Source: Macrostomum lignano
Taxonomy: Eukaryota
Assembly (NCBI GenBank): GCA_002269645.1
Contig: NIVC01000594.1
Span: forward strand, 186,001-250,000
Reading direction: 5' to 3'
Length of the DNA stretch: 64,000 bases
The notes below the pieces were generated by a model, which did no database searches, was not told the origin of the DNA, and worked only from the letters and a program-made list of their open reading frames with translations. The position numbers were made by a program, and so were the translations under genes. Each line of letters opens with the position of its first letter. Position 1 is the first letter of the stretch. Shown here piece by piece: positions 36,421 through 48,465 of the stretch.

Positions 36421-38043
36421 ATGAAACAGCATAGCTCCCTGCTGTCACAACACCTGGCCCGGTTCGTTGCCGACTCCTCAGTTAGGTCTCTGCGACGGAC
36501 TGTTCTGTCCGACATCCAGCCTCTGCGCGTCTTCTGGACGCTGTTCGTCCTGGCGTGCTTCGTCGGCATGACTCTGCACCTGACGCTGCTGTCGTTAAAC
36601 TTTCTCAAAGGCGACCTGGCTGTCGATATGAAATTTTCGTCTACTGCAGAGCAACCGTTTCCGAGCGTGTCTTATTGTGACGGCACTCAGTTCAGCGAGG
36701 AATCGCTCAAATACTTGGCCACGGAGCGAATTCTGAGTCCGAAAAAGTTTTCCGATTATGTTCGCGAGCAGGTGAAAAATTTCTACCGCAGGCAGCCCGA
36801 TATTGATCGTGGTTTTGCACTGTTGATTGAGAATTACAATAACTATTTAGCCACTGTGCTCGGGACTCTGGCTAAGGCCAAGCGAAGTCTGTACGAAATC
36901 ACTAATCTGGGCGGGAGCACCGGAGCACCTCTCATTCGGGTGTTGCTGATCTCTGGCAGAGTGATGTGGCTGGCGCCCAGTGCCTACAGGCTGGTCTCAT
37001 TTCACCACCCGAGTTACATCAGCTGCCACACTATCACTCTGCCAGCTAACCTGTCCAAACTGGCACAGTCAATCATTCTGGTGATGCCTAGGACAGAAGC
37101 GAACTTCAGCGGTAACGCTTCATATTCCGATCAAATATTCAACACATTCCCGATTGACGGTCTGACATCCATGAACGGCTTCGTGTTTGACCTGCATAGC
37201 GAGCACTCGGTGCCATTTTCGCACAGCAAACTACTGCTACCTGCTAACTATTTTAACCAGGTGAAGTTTACTCAGTGCAGTCTGCAGAGACTGAAATGCA
37301 GCAACCTGCCTGGCTGGCACATGGAGTACCGCACGGACAATGGCACGCTTCGCAAACGGTACTTCGACTATAACAAGGAGATGTGCATAGTGCAGAGTAT
37401 ACGCGGCGAAGTTCACCGAAGCTGCAACTGCACCCTCGACATGAGCCTGATGAACCTGACAGACGACTCGCCTCGCTGCAACGCATTTGCGCCGGAAGCG
37501 GACATCGTTGAAACCTACAAACAACGCGAATTATGCGTTGATAAAGTATTGAGCGCTTCGAAGGCCTACGAAGACCAGTGTGAAAGCTCCTGCCAGGAAG
37601 TCTGGTTTCCCTCCACAGTGTCCGGAGCGCCATACGCGCCGATAAACGCTTTGCAGCGCTGCGTAGTGCAGAAGACCATCTATGAGATGAACCACCAGGG
37701 TGCCACTATCTCCGATATTGAAGACGCTCTGCTGCGCAACGCCAGCCTGAATCAGTCGGCATCGAGTCTCTGCGGCAACGTGTCGCAATCGAGCGTTTTC
37801 ATCGTCGAGCTGACTAGGAACCCGTTCCTGCTGCAGAGCTTCCGCCAGACTCCAATCACCACCCTGCCCGTGTTCCTGTGTCAGGTGGGCAGCATCTGCG
37901 GCATCTGGTCGGGTCTGTCTATCGCCATAATTGCTGAGCTGGTGGATTTGATTTTCCGGTTGGTCCGCTACCGATGCAAGACGTCTAGCAGCGTCACAGT
38001 TGACTCGTTGCAGTTGGACTCGAGGGAGCTGCCTAAACTGTGA
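36421..38043 (+). CDS. DEG/ENaC (amiloride-sensitive sodium channel family) subunit, intronless, 540 aa
   Basis: First ATG after an in-frame TGA. TM1 (VFWTLFVLACFVGMTLHL), post-TM1 FPSVSYC, Cys-rich thumb (CIVQSIRGEVHRSCNC, CESSCQE), TM2 with GSICGIWSGLSIAIIAELVD. Confidence 0.9.
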   Translation: MKQHSSLLSQHLARFVADSSVRSLRRTVLSDIQPLRVFWTLFVLACFVGMTLHLTLLSLNFLKGDLAVDMKFSSTAEQPFPSVSYCDGTQFSEESLKYLATERILSPKKFSDYVREQVKNFYRRQPDIDRGFALLIENYNNYLATVLGTLAKAKRSLYEITNLGGSTGAPLIRVLLISGRVMWLAPSAYRLVSFHHPSYISCHTITLPANLSKLAQSIILVMPRTEANFSGNASYSDQIFNTFPIDGLTSMNGFVFDLHSEHSVPFSHSKLLLPANYFNQVKFTQCSLQRLKCSNLPGWHMEYRTDNGTLRKRYFDYNKEMCIVQSIRGEVHRSCNCTLDMSLMNLTDDSPRCNAFAPEADIVETYKQRELCVDKVLSASKAYEDQCESSCQEVWFPSTVSGAPYAPINALQRCVVQKTIYEMNHQGATISDIEDALLRNASLNQSASSLCGNVSQSSVFIVELTRNPFLLQSFRQTPITTLPVFLCQVGSICGIWSGLSIAIIAELVDLIFRLVRYRCKTSSSVTVDSLQLDSRELPKL

Positions 38044-38273
38044 CGTCACGTCAGACTTCGCTAGTCCGAGTGCTGTAATCGGCATGCAAGCTGACACGAG
38101 GCTGAACCCAAACTTCTACCCTAAAAACTAAAACCAAGAGCCGAATTAACGCGTATTTAAATTAGGCGTCTCTCTAACAGCTACGAACGAAAGATTTTGT
38201 GTTGCATGTGTGAAAACAGAAAATAAAAGCATATAAAGTATCAAATAACAAACAATTTCAAGACCACACAGAA

Positions 38274-38684
38274 TTAATCATTCTTTTCGATATTTTCCGG
38301 TTTTCCTGCCGCTTTGGTTTCCAGGACTCGCATAGCAACGCTGAGCATCTTTGGCGTTTTGATACTAGCCTGACGACTCATGACTCCCCAAGTGGAGGCC
38401 TGTTGTTGCTGCTGCTGCTGTTGCTTTAGCTCAAGAGCCAGTCTGGCGTCCTTGGCTGCTTTCTCCCGGTTGGCCAATACCCGTCTGAGCTTTGCGTTGA
38501 TAATTCCTAGTTCGGTTTCCTCGTACGGCACGCTTCTCTCTTGCACCTGAACTCGCATCACTCGGCGCCTATGCTCGCGCTGACCGGCCACCAGCTCCGT
38601 GTAGTCCACTTCTCCATCGCCGTCCTTGTCAAGGACGCGGAGCAGGCGTTGCAGACACTCTGGTGACATTGGAACGCCTAAGGC
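38274..38684 (-). CDS. LRRC74-like LRR/EF-hand protein, exon 10 (last)
   Basis: caacAG|[31 protein letters not shown] (canonical EF-hand), Q7 run, stop TAA. Confidence 0.85.
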   Translation of the reverse strand, partial: ALGVPMSPECLQRLLRVLDKDGDGEVDYTELVAGQREHRRRVMRVQVQERSVPYEETELGIINAKLRRVLANREKAAKDARLALELKQQQQQQQQASTWGVMSRQASIKTPKMLSVAMRVLETKAAGKPENIEKND

Positions 38685-38686
38685 CT

Positions 38687-38980
38687 GTTGGTTGGTTAGT
38701 TGGTTGGTTAGTTAGTTGGTTGGTTGGTTGGTTGGTTGGTTGGTTGGTTGGTTGGTTGGTTGGTTGGTTGGTTGGTTGGTTGGTTGGTTGGTTGGTTGGT
38801 TGGTTGGTTGGTTGGTTGGTTGGTTGGTTGGTTGGTTGGTTGGTTGGTTGGTTGGTTGGTTGGTTGGTTGGTTGGTTGGTTGGTTGGTTGGTTGGTTGGT
38901 TGGTTGGTTGGTTGGTTGGTTGGTTGGTTGGTTGGTTGGTTGGTTGGTTGGTTGGTTGGTTGGTTGGTTGGTTTGTTGGT
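38687..38980. repeat. (GGTT)n microsatellite filling LRRC74-like intron 9
   Basis: Direct reading. Confidence 0.97.
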
Positions 38981-38987
38981 TTCTCAC

Positions 38988-39101
38988 CATCAATCCGTCC
39001 TTAAACTCTTGGTGCGTCAAGGACTTGCTTCCGTCGGAGTCCAATTTAAGAAATATGTCTAGCAGACGCATGTTCTTCAGCTTCATGAATTCCATTAGAA
39101 C
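38988..39101 (-). CDS. LRRC74-like exon 9 (EF-hand)
   Basis: aaAG|[38 protein letters not shown]|GTGAGA. Confidence 0.85.
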
Positions 39102-39192
39102 CTTTTAAAACAGGGTTGACATAAAGAATTGATGTACTTTTAAGTGTACTAAAAGTAACAAAATTAATGACACTAGCACAGCAGGAACCAAC

Positions 39193-39336
39193 CATCATTG
39201 GGTCGTCATTCATAAACAAATCGTTGTCCTCAGTCTTGGCTTGCTGCTTCAGCAAGACGCCGAAAACAATCTTGAAGCTACGATTGACTGCAATGCGTTC
39301 GGCAATGGCAACGCTCTGACGATCCACTGTTAGACC
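39193..39336 (-). CDS. LRRC74-like exon 8
   Basis: ttcAG|GLTVDRQSVAIAE...DDPMM|GTTGGT; phases 0/0. Confidence 0.8.
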
Positions 39337-39864
39337 CTGAAGTTTCAGGAAAATAGAACATTGGTTTTGCTACTGTCTCAACTTTCTTATCAACCGCTTA
39401 CACACCCTAGTAGGGTCTCTTCCGCTCCCTACCCAAGACTGAAATTGGGGTGACCCCAAAACGGTTAAAATGAATAGTATATTCGATAGCTCCGAGGCAG
39501 CAGCGGACAAGCAGCAGTGAATGGAAAAATATTTACCCAAAATTCCCACAGGGCAAACAATGGGCTTTATTGCTTTGACATGGCTTAGTTTGCATTTAAG
39601 CTCTTTAATATCTACTGTCACTGGCTACGGCTAACGTATGCTTGTGAATTAGTCAATGTTGGTTCTGCCAATACCAAATAGTAGCGAAAGTTTAATTTAT
39701 ACTCAAGGGTTTCGTAGCAAGCTTCTGTATTTGCATTTTTTCGACTCTCCATAGAGACAGCAGTGACTGACCTCTCATTGCGTCTACTGAGATTCTGAAT
39801 GTCTAGTCTTGCTTTTTTGAAATTATAGGAAAATTAACTATTTAAACAAACACATTTCATGTGT

Positions 39865-41875
39865 GGCCTCTTCCACCCTCGGTAGCCTCTTCCGCCCCCC
39901 AAGAAGCCTCTTCCGCCCCAATTGTAGCCTCTTCCGCCCCCAAGTAGCCTCTTCCGCCCCCAAGTAGCCTCTTCCGCCCCCAAGTAGCCTCTTCCGCCCC
40001 CAGTAGCCTCTTCGGCCCCCATGTAGCCTCTTCGGCCCCCATGTAGCCTCTTCTGTAACCTAGTAGCCTCTTCCGCCCCCAAGTAGCCTCTTCCGCCCCC
40101 CAAGTAGCCTCTTCCGCCCCCAAGTAGCCTCTTCCGCCCCCAAGTAGCCTCTTCCGCCCCCAAGTAGCCTCTTCCGCCCCTAGTAGCCTTTTCGGCCGCC
40201 ATGTAGCCTCTTCTGTAACCTAGTAGCCTCTTCTGTAACCTAGTAGCCTCTTCCGCCCCCAAGTAGCCTCTTCCGCCCCCAAGTAGCCTCTTCCGCCCCC
40301 AAGTAGCCTCTTCCGCCCCCAAGTAGCCTCTTCCGCCCCCAAGTAGCCTCTTCCGCCCCTAGTAGCCTTTTCGGCCGCCATGTAGCCTCTTCTGTAACCT
40401 AGTAGCCTCTTCTGTAACCTAGTAGCCTCTTCCGCCCCCAAGTAGCCTCTTCCGCCCCCCAAGTAGCCTCTTCCACCCCCAAGTAGCCTCTTCCGCCCCC
40501 AAGTAGCCTCTTCCGCCCCTAGTAGCCTTTTCGGCCGCCATGTAGCCTCTTCTGTAACCTAGTAGCCTCTTCCGCCCCCAAGTAGCCTCTTCCGCCCCCC
40601 AAGTAGCCTCTTCCGCCCCAAGTAGCCTCTTCCGCCCCCAAGTAGCCTCTTCCGCCCCCAGTAGCCTCTTCGGCCCCCATGTAGCCTCTTCTGTAACCTA
40701 GTAGCCTCTTCTGTAACCTAGTAGCCTCTTCCGCCCCCAAGTAGCCTCTTCCGCCCCCAAGTAGCCTCTTCCGCCCCCAAGTAGCCTCTTCCGCCCCCAA
40801 GTAGCCTCTTCCGCCCCCAAGTAGCCTCTTCCGCCCCCAAGTAGCCTCTTCCGCCCCCAAGTAGCCTCTTCCGCCCCCAGTAGCCTCTTCGGCCCCCATG
40901 TAGCCTCTTCTGTAACCTAGTAGCCTCTTCTGTAACCTAGTAGCCTCTTCCGCCCCCAAGTAGCCTCTTCCGCCCCCAAGTAGCCTCTTCCGCCCCCAAG
41001 TAGCCTCTTCCGCCCCCAAGTAGCCTCTTCCGCCCCCAAGTAGCCTCTTCCGCCCCAGTAGCCTCTTCGGCCCCCATGTAGCCTCTTCTGTAACCTAGTA
41101 GCCTCTTCCGCCCCAAGTAGCCTCTTCCGCCCCCAAGTAGCCTCTTCCGCCCCCAAGTAGCCTCTTCCGCCCCCAAGTAGCCTCTTCCGCCCCCAAGTAG
41201 CCTCTTCCGCCCCCAAGTAGCCTCTTCCGCCCCCAAGTAGCCTCTTCCGCCCCCAAGTAGCCTCTTCCGCCCCTAGTAGCCTTTTCGGCCGCCATGTAGC
41301 CTCTTCTGTAACCTAGTAGCCTCTTCCGCCCCCAAGTAGCCTCTTCCGCCCCCCCAAGTAGCCTCTTCCGCCCCCAAGTAGCCTCTTCCGCCCCCAAGTA
41401 GCCTCTTCCGCCCCCAGTAGCCTCTTCGGCCCCCATGTAGCCTCTTCTGTAACCTAGTAGCCTCTTCTGTAACCTAGTAGCCTCTTCCGCCCCCAAGTAG
41501 CCTCTTCCGCCCCCAAGTAGCCTCTTCCGCCCCCAAGTAGCCTCTTCCGCCCCCAAGTAGCCTCTTCCGCCCCCAAGTAGCCTCTTCCGCCCCCAAGTAG
41601 CCTCTTCCGCCCCCAAGTAGCCTCTTCCGCCCCCAGTAGCCTCTTCGGCCCCCATGTAGCCTCTTCTGTAACCTAGTAGCCTCTTCTGTAACCTAGTAGC
41701 CTCTTCCGCCCCCAAGTAGCCTCTTCCGCCCCCCAAGTAGCCTCTTCCGCCCCCAAGTAGCCTCTTCCGCCCCCAAGTAGCCTCTTCCGCCCCCAAGTAG
41801 CCTCTTCCGCCCCCAAGTAGCCTCTTCCGCCCCCAAGTAGCCTCTTCCGCCCCCAAGTAGCCTCTTCCGCCCCTG
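39865..41875. repeat. 20-bp minisatellite (GTAGCCTCTTCCGCCCCCAA) with recurring variant blocks
   Basis: Direct reading. Confidence 0.96.
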
Positions 41876-41912
41876 AGTAACCCCAGCTTTAATCATCCCT
41901 CTGAAAACCCAC

Positions 41913-42286
41913 CGTAACATCCAGCACTTCAACGCTGAGCTGCAGATCCTCAACCTTAGTCAGCAGAGCCCTGATATTCTCGGCTGTAAGCGGGTTCTGA
42001 CTGATCCTCAGACACTTCAAACTCGAATTCGAGCGCAAGCCTTTGACAAGAAATTCCAAACAGTTGGAGTCGATCCGATTGCAAGTCAGGTCCAGCAGTT
42101 TCAGACTGCTGTTAGCCGGAAGTGAGCGCGCGAGAGACCGGCAGCCCTCTGTGTGCAGGCCGTTCCAGCCCAGCAGTGCGGTCTCCAGGCACCGGTTAAG
42201 CCGGAGCGAGTCGCACAGACTGATGGCTCCATCAAGCCGGATGTGGTTCCACGATAAATCCAGCAGCTTTAGCGATGTGTTGTGGG
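41913..42286 (-). CDS. LRRC74-like exon 7 (RI-like LRRs)
   Basis: tttAG|HNTSLKLLDLSWNHIRLDG...SLKLLDLTCNRID...SLKCLRISQNPL...LDVT|GTGGGT. Confidence 0.88.
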
Positions 42287-42319
42287 CTAAAATCGGTTGG
42301 AAATTGATACTAAATAATG

Positions 42320-42590
42320 GCTATTTTCAAATCAGGGATTTCCCTAATTCGGGATTTCCCTCGTTGAAGGTGTCACGAATTTGGTATTTCCCTAATAAGG
42401 ATTTCCGTGATAGGGATTTCCCTAATTCAGGATTTCCCTCATTCTAGATGTCACGGATTTGGGATTTCCCTGATAGGGATTTCCTTATTAGGGATTTCTT
42501 TGATAGGGATTTCCTTGGGTTTGGGATTTCCCTCATTCGGGATGTCACGGATTTGGGATTTCCCCGATTAAGATTTTACCGTTAGGGATC
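42320..42590. repeat. Degenerate GGGATTTCC-core repeat
   Basis: Recurrent gggatttccc/t units. Confidence 0.75.
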
Positions 42591-42638
42591 TCTGACTTAT
42601 CCTTATTGTACTACTAACAAATCAGTAGTTGTTCTTAC

Positions 42639-42720
42639 CCAATGCGTGAGAAATTCGGACGATGCCATTCTCGCGAAAATTATTATGAGCCAGGTACAGC
42701 TCTGTGAGGCTTTCGTTCTC
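42639..42720 (-). CDS. LRRC74-like exon 6
   Basis: ttttccAG|ENESLTELYLAHNNFRENGIVRISHAL G|GTAAGA. Confidence 0.85.
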
Positions 42721-42831
42721 CTGGAAAATAGCAATTTTAATTGCTTAGAAGTGCATAGATCCTTTTAGTATTAATTTCTCTGATGGCCTAAATCAATCGA
42801 TGGGGCTCAACTAAATGAAGGACCAATGAGA

Positions 42832-44406
42832 CTCACCTGAATGACCAATGACACTCACCTGAAGGACCAATGAGACTCCCCTGAAGGTCCAACGGGGCTC
42901 ACCTAAAGGACCAATGACACTCACCTGAAGGACCAATGAGACTCACCTAAAGGACCAATGACACTCACCTGAAAGACCTAACGGGACTCACCCGAAGGAT
43001 CAATGAGACTCACCTGAAGGAACTAACGGGACTCACCTGAAGGAACAATATGACTCACCTGAAGGAACTAACGGGACTCACCTGAAGGAACTAACGGGAC
43101 TCACCTGAAGGAACTAACGGGACTCACCTGAAGGATCAATGGGACTCACCTGAAGGAACTAACGGGACTCACCTGAAGGAACTAACGGGACTCACCTGAA
43201 GGAACTAACGGGACTCACCTGAAGGATCGATGGGACTCACCTAAAGGACCGATGGGACTTACCTGAAGGAACAATATGACTCACCTGAAGGACCAATATG
43301 ACTCACCTGAAGGAACCAACGGGACTCACCTGAAGGACCTAACGGGACTCACCTGAAGGATCAATGGGACTCACCTGAAGGAACTAACGGGACTCACCTG
43401 AAGGAACTAACGGAACTCACCTGAAGGAACTAACGGGACTCACCTGAAGGAACTAACGGAACTCACCTGAAGGAACTAACGGGACTCACCTGAAGGACCA
43501 ATGGGACTCACCTGAAGGAACTAACGGGACTCACCTGAAGGAACTAACGGGACTCACCTGAAGGAACTAACGGAACTCACCTGAAGGAACTAACGGGACT
43601 CACCTGAAGGAACTAACGGAACTCACCTGAAGGAACTAACGGAACTCACCTGAAGGAACTAACGGGACTCACCTGAAGGACCAATGGGACTCACCTGAAG
43701 GAACTAACGGGACTCACCTGAAGGAACTAACGGGACTCACCTGAAGGAACTAACGGAACTCACCTGAAGGAACTAACGGGACTCACCTGAAGGAACTAAC
43801 GGGACTCACCTGAAGGAACTAACGGAACTCACCTGAAGGAACTAACGGGACTCACCTGAAGGACCAATGGGACTCACCTGAAGGAACTAACGGGACTCAC
43901 CTGAAGGAACTAACGGGACTCACCTGAAGGAACTAACGGAACTCACCTGAAGGAACTAACGGGACTCACCTGAAGGAACCAACGGGACTCACCTGAAGGA
44001 ACTAACGGAACTCACCTGAAGGAACTAACGGGACTCACCTGAAGGACCAATGGGACTCACCTGAAGGAACTAACGGGACTCACCTGAAGGAACTAACGGG
44101 ACTCACCTGAAGGAACTAACGGAACTCACCTGAAGGAACTAACGGGACTCACCTGAAGGACCAACGGGACTCACCTGAAGGAACTAACGGAACTCACCTG
44201 AAGGAACTAACGGGACTCACCTGAAGGACCAATGGGACTCACCTGAAGGAACTAACGGGACTCACCTGAAGGAACTAACGGGACTCACCTGAAGGAACTA
44301 ACGGAACTCACCTGAAGGAACTAACGGGACTCACCTGAAGGAACTAACGGAACTCACCTGAAGGAACTAACGGGACTCACCTGAAGGAACCAACGGGACT
44401 CACCTG
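42832..44406 (-). repeat. 22-23-bp minisatellite; sense unit GTTAGTTCCTTCAG|GTGAGTCCC
   Basis: About 69 units filling the intron at 42721-44484. Confidence 0.96.
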
Positions 44407-44484
44407 ATAACAACCTACTCTTCCATAATGGCCCAAAGTCCATTAGCCAAACCCCTCTTTCTTCATCAATTGCCGCCCCCTCAC

Positions 44485-44534
44485 CTCAAGCAGATTCTGC
44501 AACAGAGAGGCGCACTTTTCTTCGAATCGATTGC
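44485..44534 (-). CDS. LRRC74-like exon 5
   Basis: tttcAG|(G)NRFEEKCASLLQNLLE|GTGAGG; phases 1/0. Confidence 0.82.
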
Positions 44535-44624
44535 CTGAAACAAAAAACACAGCGGGATAAATAATTAGTGCAGTCCATAATTCCATGATAGGATAAACAT
44601 TTGGAATCGAGCGCTTTGACTGAC

Positions 44625-44718
44625 CCGACAGGTCAATAATTCTCACGGTGCGATTGGTAGTCAGTGCATCGCAAATTGCTGCTAACCCTGCCTCTCCAAT
44701 GCGATTGTTGATCAGCCG
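44625..44718 (-). CDS. LRRC74-like exon 4
   Basis: tttcAG|RLINNRIGEAGLAAICDALTTNRTVRIIDLS G|GTCAGT. Confidence 0.85.
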
Positions 44719-44876
44719 CTGAAAGCAGAAATCTAGCTCGGTGAGTGCGTATAATCTAGATTGTTGAGTAGATCTAATCTAGATCGCTGAGTAGATCTAA
44801 TCTAGACTGTTGAGTAGATCTAATCTAATTTATTGAGTAAATATAATCTAGATTATTGAAGACGATAATAGCATAC

Positions 44877-44984
44877 CAGCTCAGTCAGAAATGGATTATC
44901 CTTGATCACTTCAGTTAGTTGCTGAGCTCCAGAACAGCCGAGTTCATTGTCCTCTAGAAGCAGCTGCCTGAGGTGAGCATTGTT
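44877..44984 (-). CDS. LRRC74-like exon 3
   Basis: ttgcAG|[36 protein letters not shown]|GTATGC. Confidence 0.85.
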
Positions 44985-45026
44985 CTGCAAATGGCATGTG
45001 AGGGGCACTGAGTCTCAGTTGGGGAT

Positions 45027-45362
<336 letters not shown>

Positions 45363-45601
45363 CCCAAGAGCCAGCGAGCAGGCGAAGGCCCCCTCAGTTC
45401 CGAGGTACAGCCGGCTCAGCTGAATTCTTGGCGACAGCAGAGAGTGCAGAAATTTCTGCGAAGGCGTGATGCCCAGTCTGCCGCATGTGGCCAGGTACTT
45501 CTGCTGGTTCCAATCCAGAGCACCCGGGTCTGGCTGGTCGTCTTCTGTGACCTCCCCGAGAGGCTCCTCTGCTGACTCTTCGTTTGATAAACCTTGCGAG
45601 G
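45363..45601 (-). CDS. LRRC74-like exon 2
   Basis: cctcAG|...[47 protein letters not shown]|GT. From memory this resembles the LRRC74A/B N-terminal Y..aC..lg..P motif. Confidence 0.8.
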
Positions 45602-45647
45602 CTGAGGGAGTTTTAAGATATGTGGCCCGTTTTTAGTACAAGATGAA

Positions 45648-45935
45648 TGACCTCATGACCACTACTCATTAGGATTCTATATGACCTCATGACCACTACT
45701 CATTAGGATTCTATATGACCTCATGACCACTACTCATTAGGATTCTATATGACTTCATGACTACTACTCATTAGGATTCTATATGACCTCATGACCACTA
45801 CTCATTAGGATTCTATATGACCTCATGACCACTACTCATTAGGATTCTATATGACCTCATGACCACTACTCAGTAGGATTCTATATGACCTCATGACCAC
45901 TACTCATTAGGATTCTATATGACTTCATGACCACT
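45648..45935. repeat. 34-bp minisatellite (TATGACCTCATGACCACTACTCATTAGGATTCTA)
   Basis: Direct reading. Confidence 0.93.
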
Positions 45936-46011
45936 AAATAAATCCTAGTTCGACAACCATATGACCACCTCCATGACCTCACAACTATGACCCAGGATGA
46001 GTCCTACTCAC

Positions 46012-46168
46012 CCGCAGATTCGAGTTGATCTCTGCAACAGCTCATAGCTGCCATTGAGCTCAATCGTTGCAGATTCGGTCCATCAGAATCTGACAGCTGC
46101 AATCCGAGCAAACGGTATCTTGAAATTGGTCTCTTTGAGCTGTAGGATCCGACCGATTTGGAAAACAT
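46012..46168 (-). CDS. LRRC74-like putative exon 1 (5' end uncertain)
   Basis: ATG after an in-frame TGA, open to a G|GTGAGT donor whose phase 1 matches exon 2. Upstream alternative exons cannot be excluded. Confidence 0.55.
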
Positions 46169-46577
46169 ATCGATAGTTCAATTACAGCAGAACTCACGCA
46201 TCAAGTATTGAAACGGGGGCCGAGACAGACAGTCTAGCTAGCGTCCGTGTCGCTTACTCAGACCCTTATTATTTTCTGCTCACAGAAAGGCGACTCTCAG
46301 CGTGAGGTGCTCAAGGTCCCTAACTCCCCTCTCTACCCCCCTCTCTGTCTCTCATTCTGTCAAGTGGATGACAATCTTTGGGAATTCTGTGTCCGACTGG
46401 AAAGAATTGCTGAAAACCTGCATGCTAGGGAAAGAAGACTTTTTGGTAGGCGACCAGAGCATCGCAGCCTCTGCACGGGGAGTCTCCATCACTTCTGCGT
46501 AAGAGGAAACAATAGTAGAAAGACAGAATAGAGTGAAGTCTGTCGTATCTTCAAAATCAATAAGCCGTCCATATGTT

Positions 46578-47528
<951 letters not shown>

Positions 47529-47934
47529 TAGTTCCAATCAACTTGCGTGCTTCACTTTTTACTAAATCGTAGTTTTTTAGTTTTGTCAGCAACTCAGCCA
47601 GTCTGTCTCAATCGCGCCGCTTTGTTCTCAATATGCCAGGTATAATGTGCATAATTTATGACCTTGCTAGTAATGCCTGCTTGATACTCTCTCAGCTCAT
47701 TATGCTGCTTTATTGATAGATACTTCAGTGCACCAGGTGGTGTTGTCCAGTTTTTGGAAAACTTTGAAAACGCTGTTAAAACCCAAGCACTGTCAATTTT
47801 TAATCATACAACTGACAACAGGTAAGTGCAGTATGTAAGTATTATGTAAATACAGTTGTTAATTTTTTTCCTACAATCATCGTGGCTGCCATTGGCGATG
47901 TTTTGGGCGTCAGATTAAATATAAGCTCGTACTT

Positions 47935-48165
47935 TGACTGCCAGGGTTGCGCCACTTTGACTGTCAGGGAAGCGCCACTTTGACTGTCAGGGAAGCGCCA
48001 CTTTCACTGTCAGGGAAGCGCCACTTTCACTGTCAGGGAGGCACCAGTTTGACTGTCAGGGAGGCGGCACTTTGACTGTCAGGGAAGCGCCACTTTGACT
48101 GTCACGGAGGCGCTACTTTGACTGTCAGGGAAGCATCAGTTTGACTGTCAGGGAGGCGCCACTCT
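47935..48165. repeat. 23-bp minisatellite (GCCACTTTGACTGTCAGGGAAGC)
   Basis: Direct reading. Confidence 0.9.
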
Positions 48166-48465
48166 GGCCATAGGAAGCTACTAGCGCTGGAAAACAGAGG
48201 ATGACCCCCAGCAGCAGCCGTGCGGCTTTGAAGTCAGCCAATTGCTCACTTGCAATCAACTCGTTTTGAGCATCGATTAGCCCAACTCGCAACAATTTTT
48301 CACTTTCTGCCGGACTGCAGGGAGCCGGGGCCGTTTACTCATCCGGTGGGGTGGGGGGTTGGGGCCGATCGTGGTTTGGAAAAATGAGTTGAAATTGTTT
48401 TGCCCTATGCGCGGTTTTTAGGGCAGTTCCGTTCTGTGTGCAACAGTGGCCGTGGCCTAGTTTGC

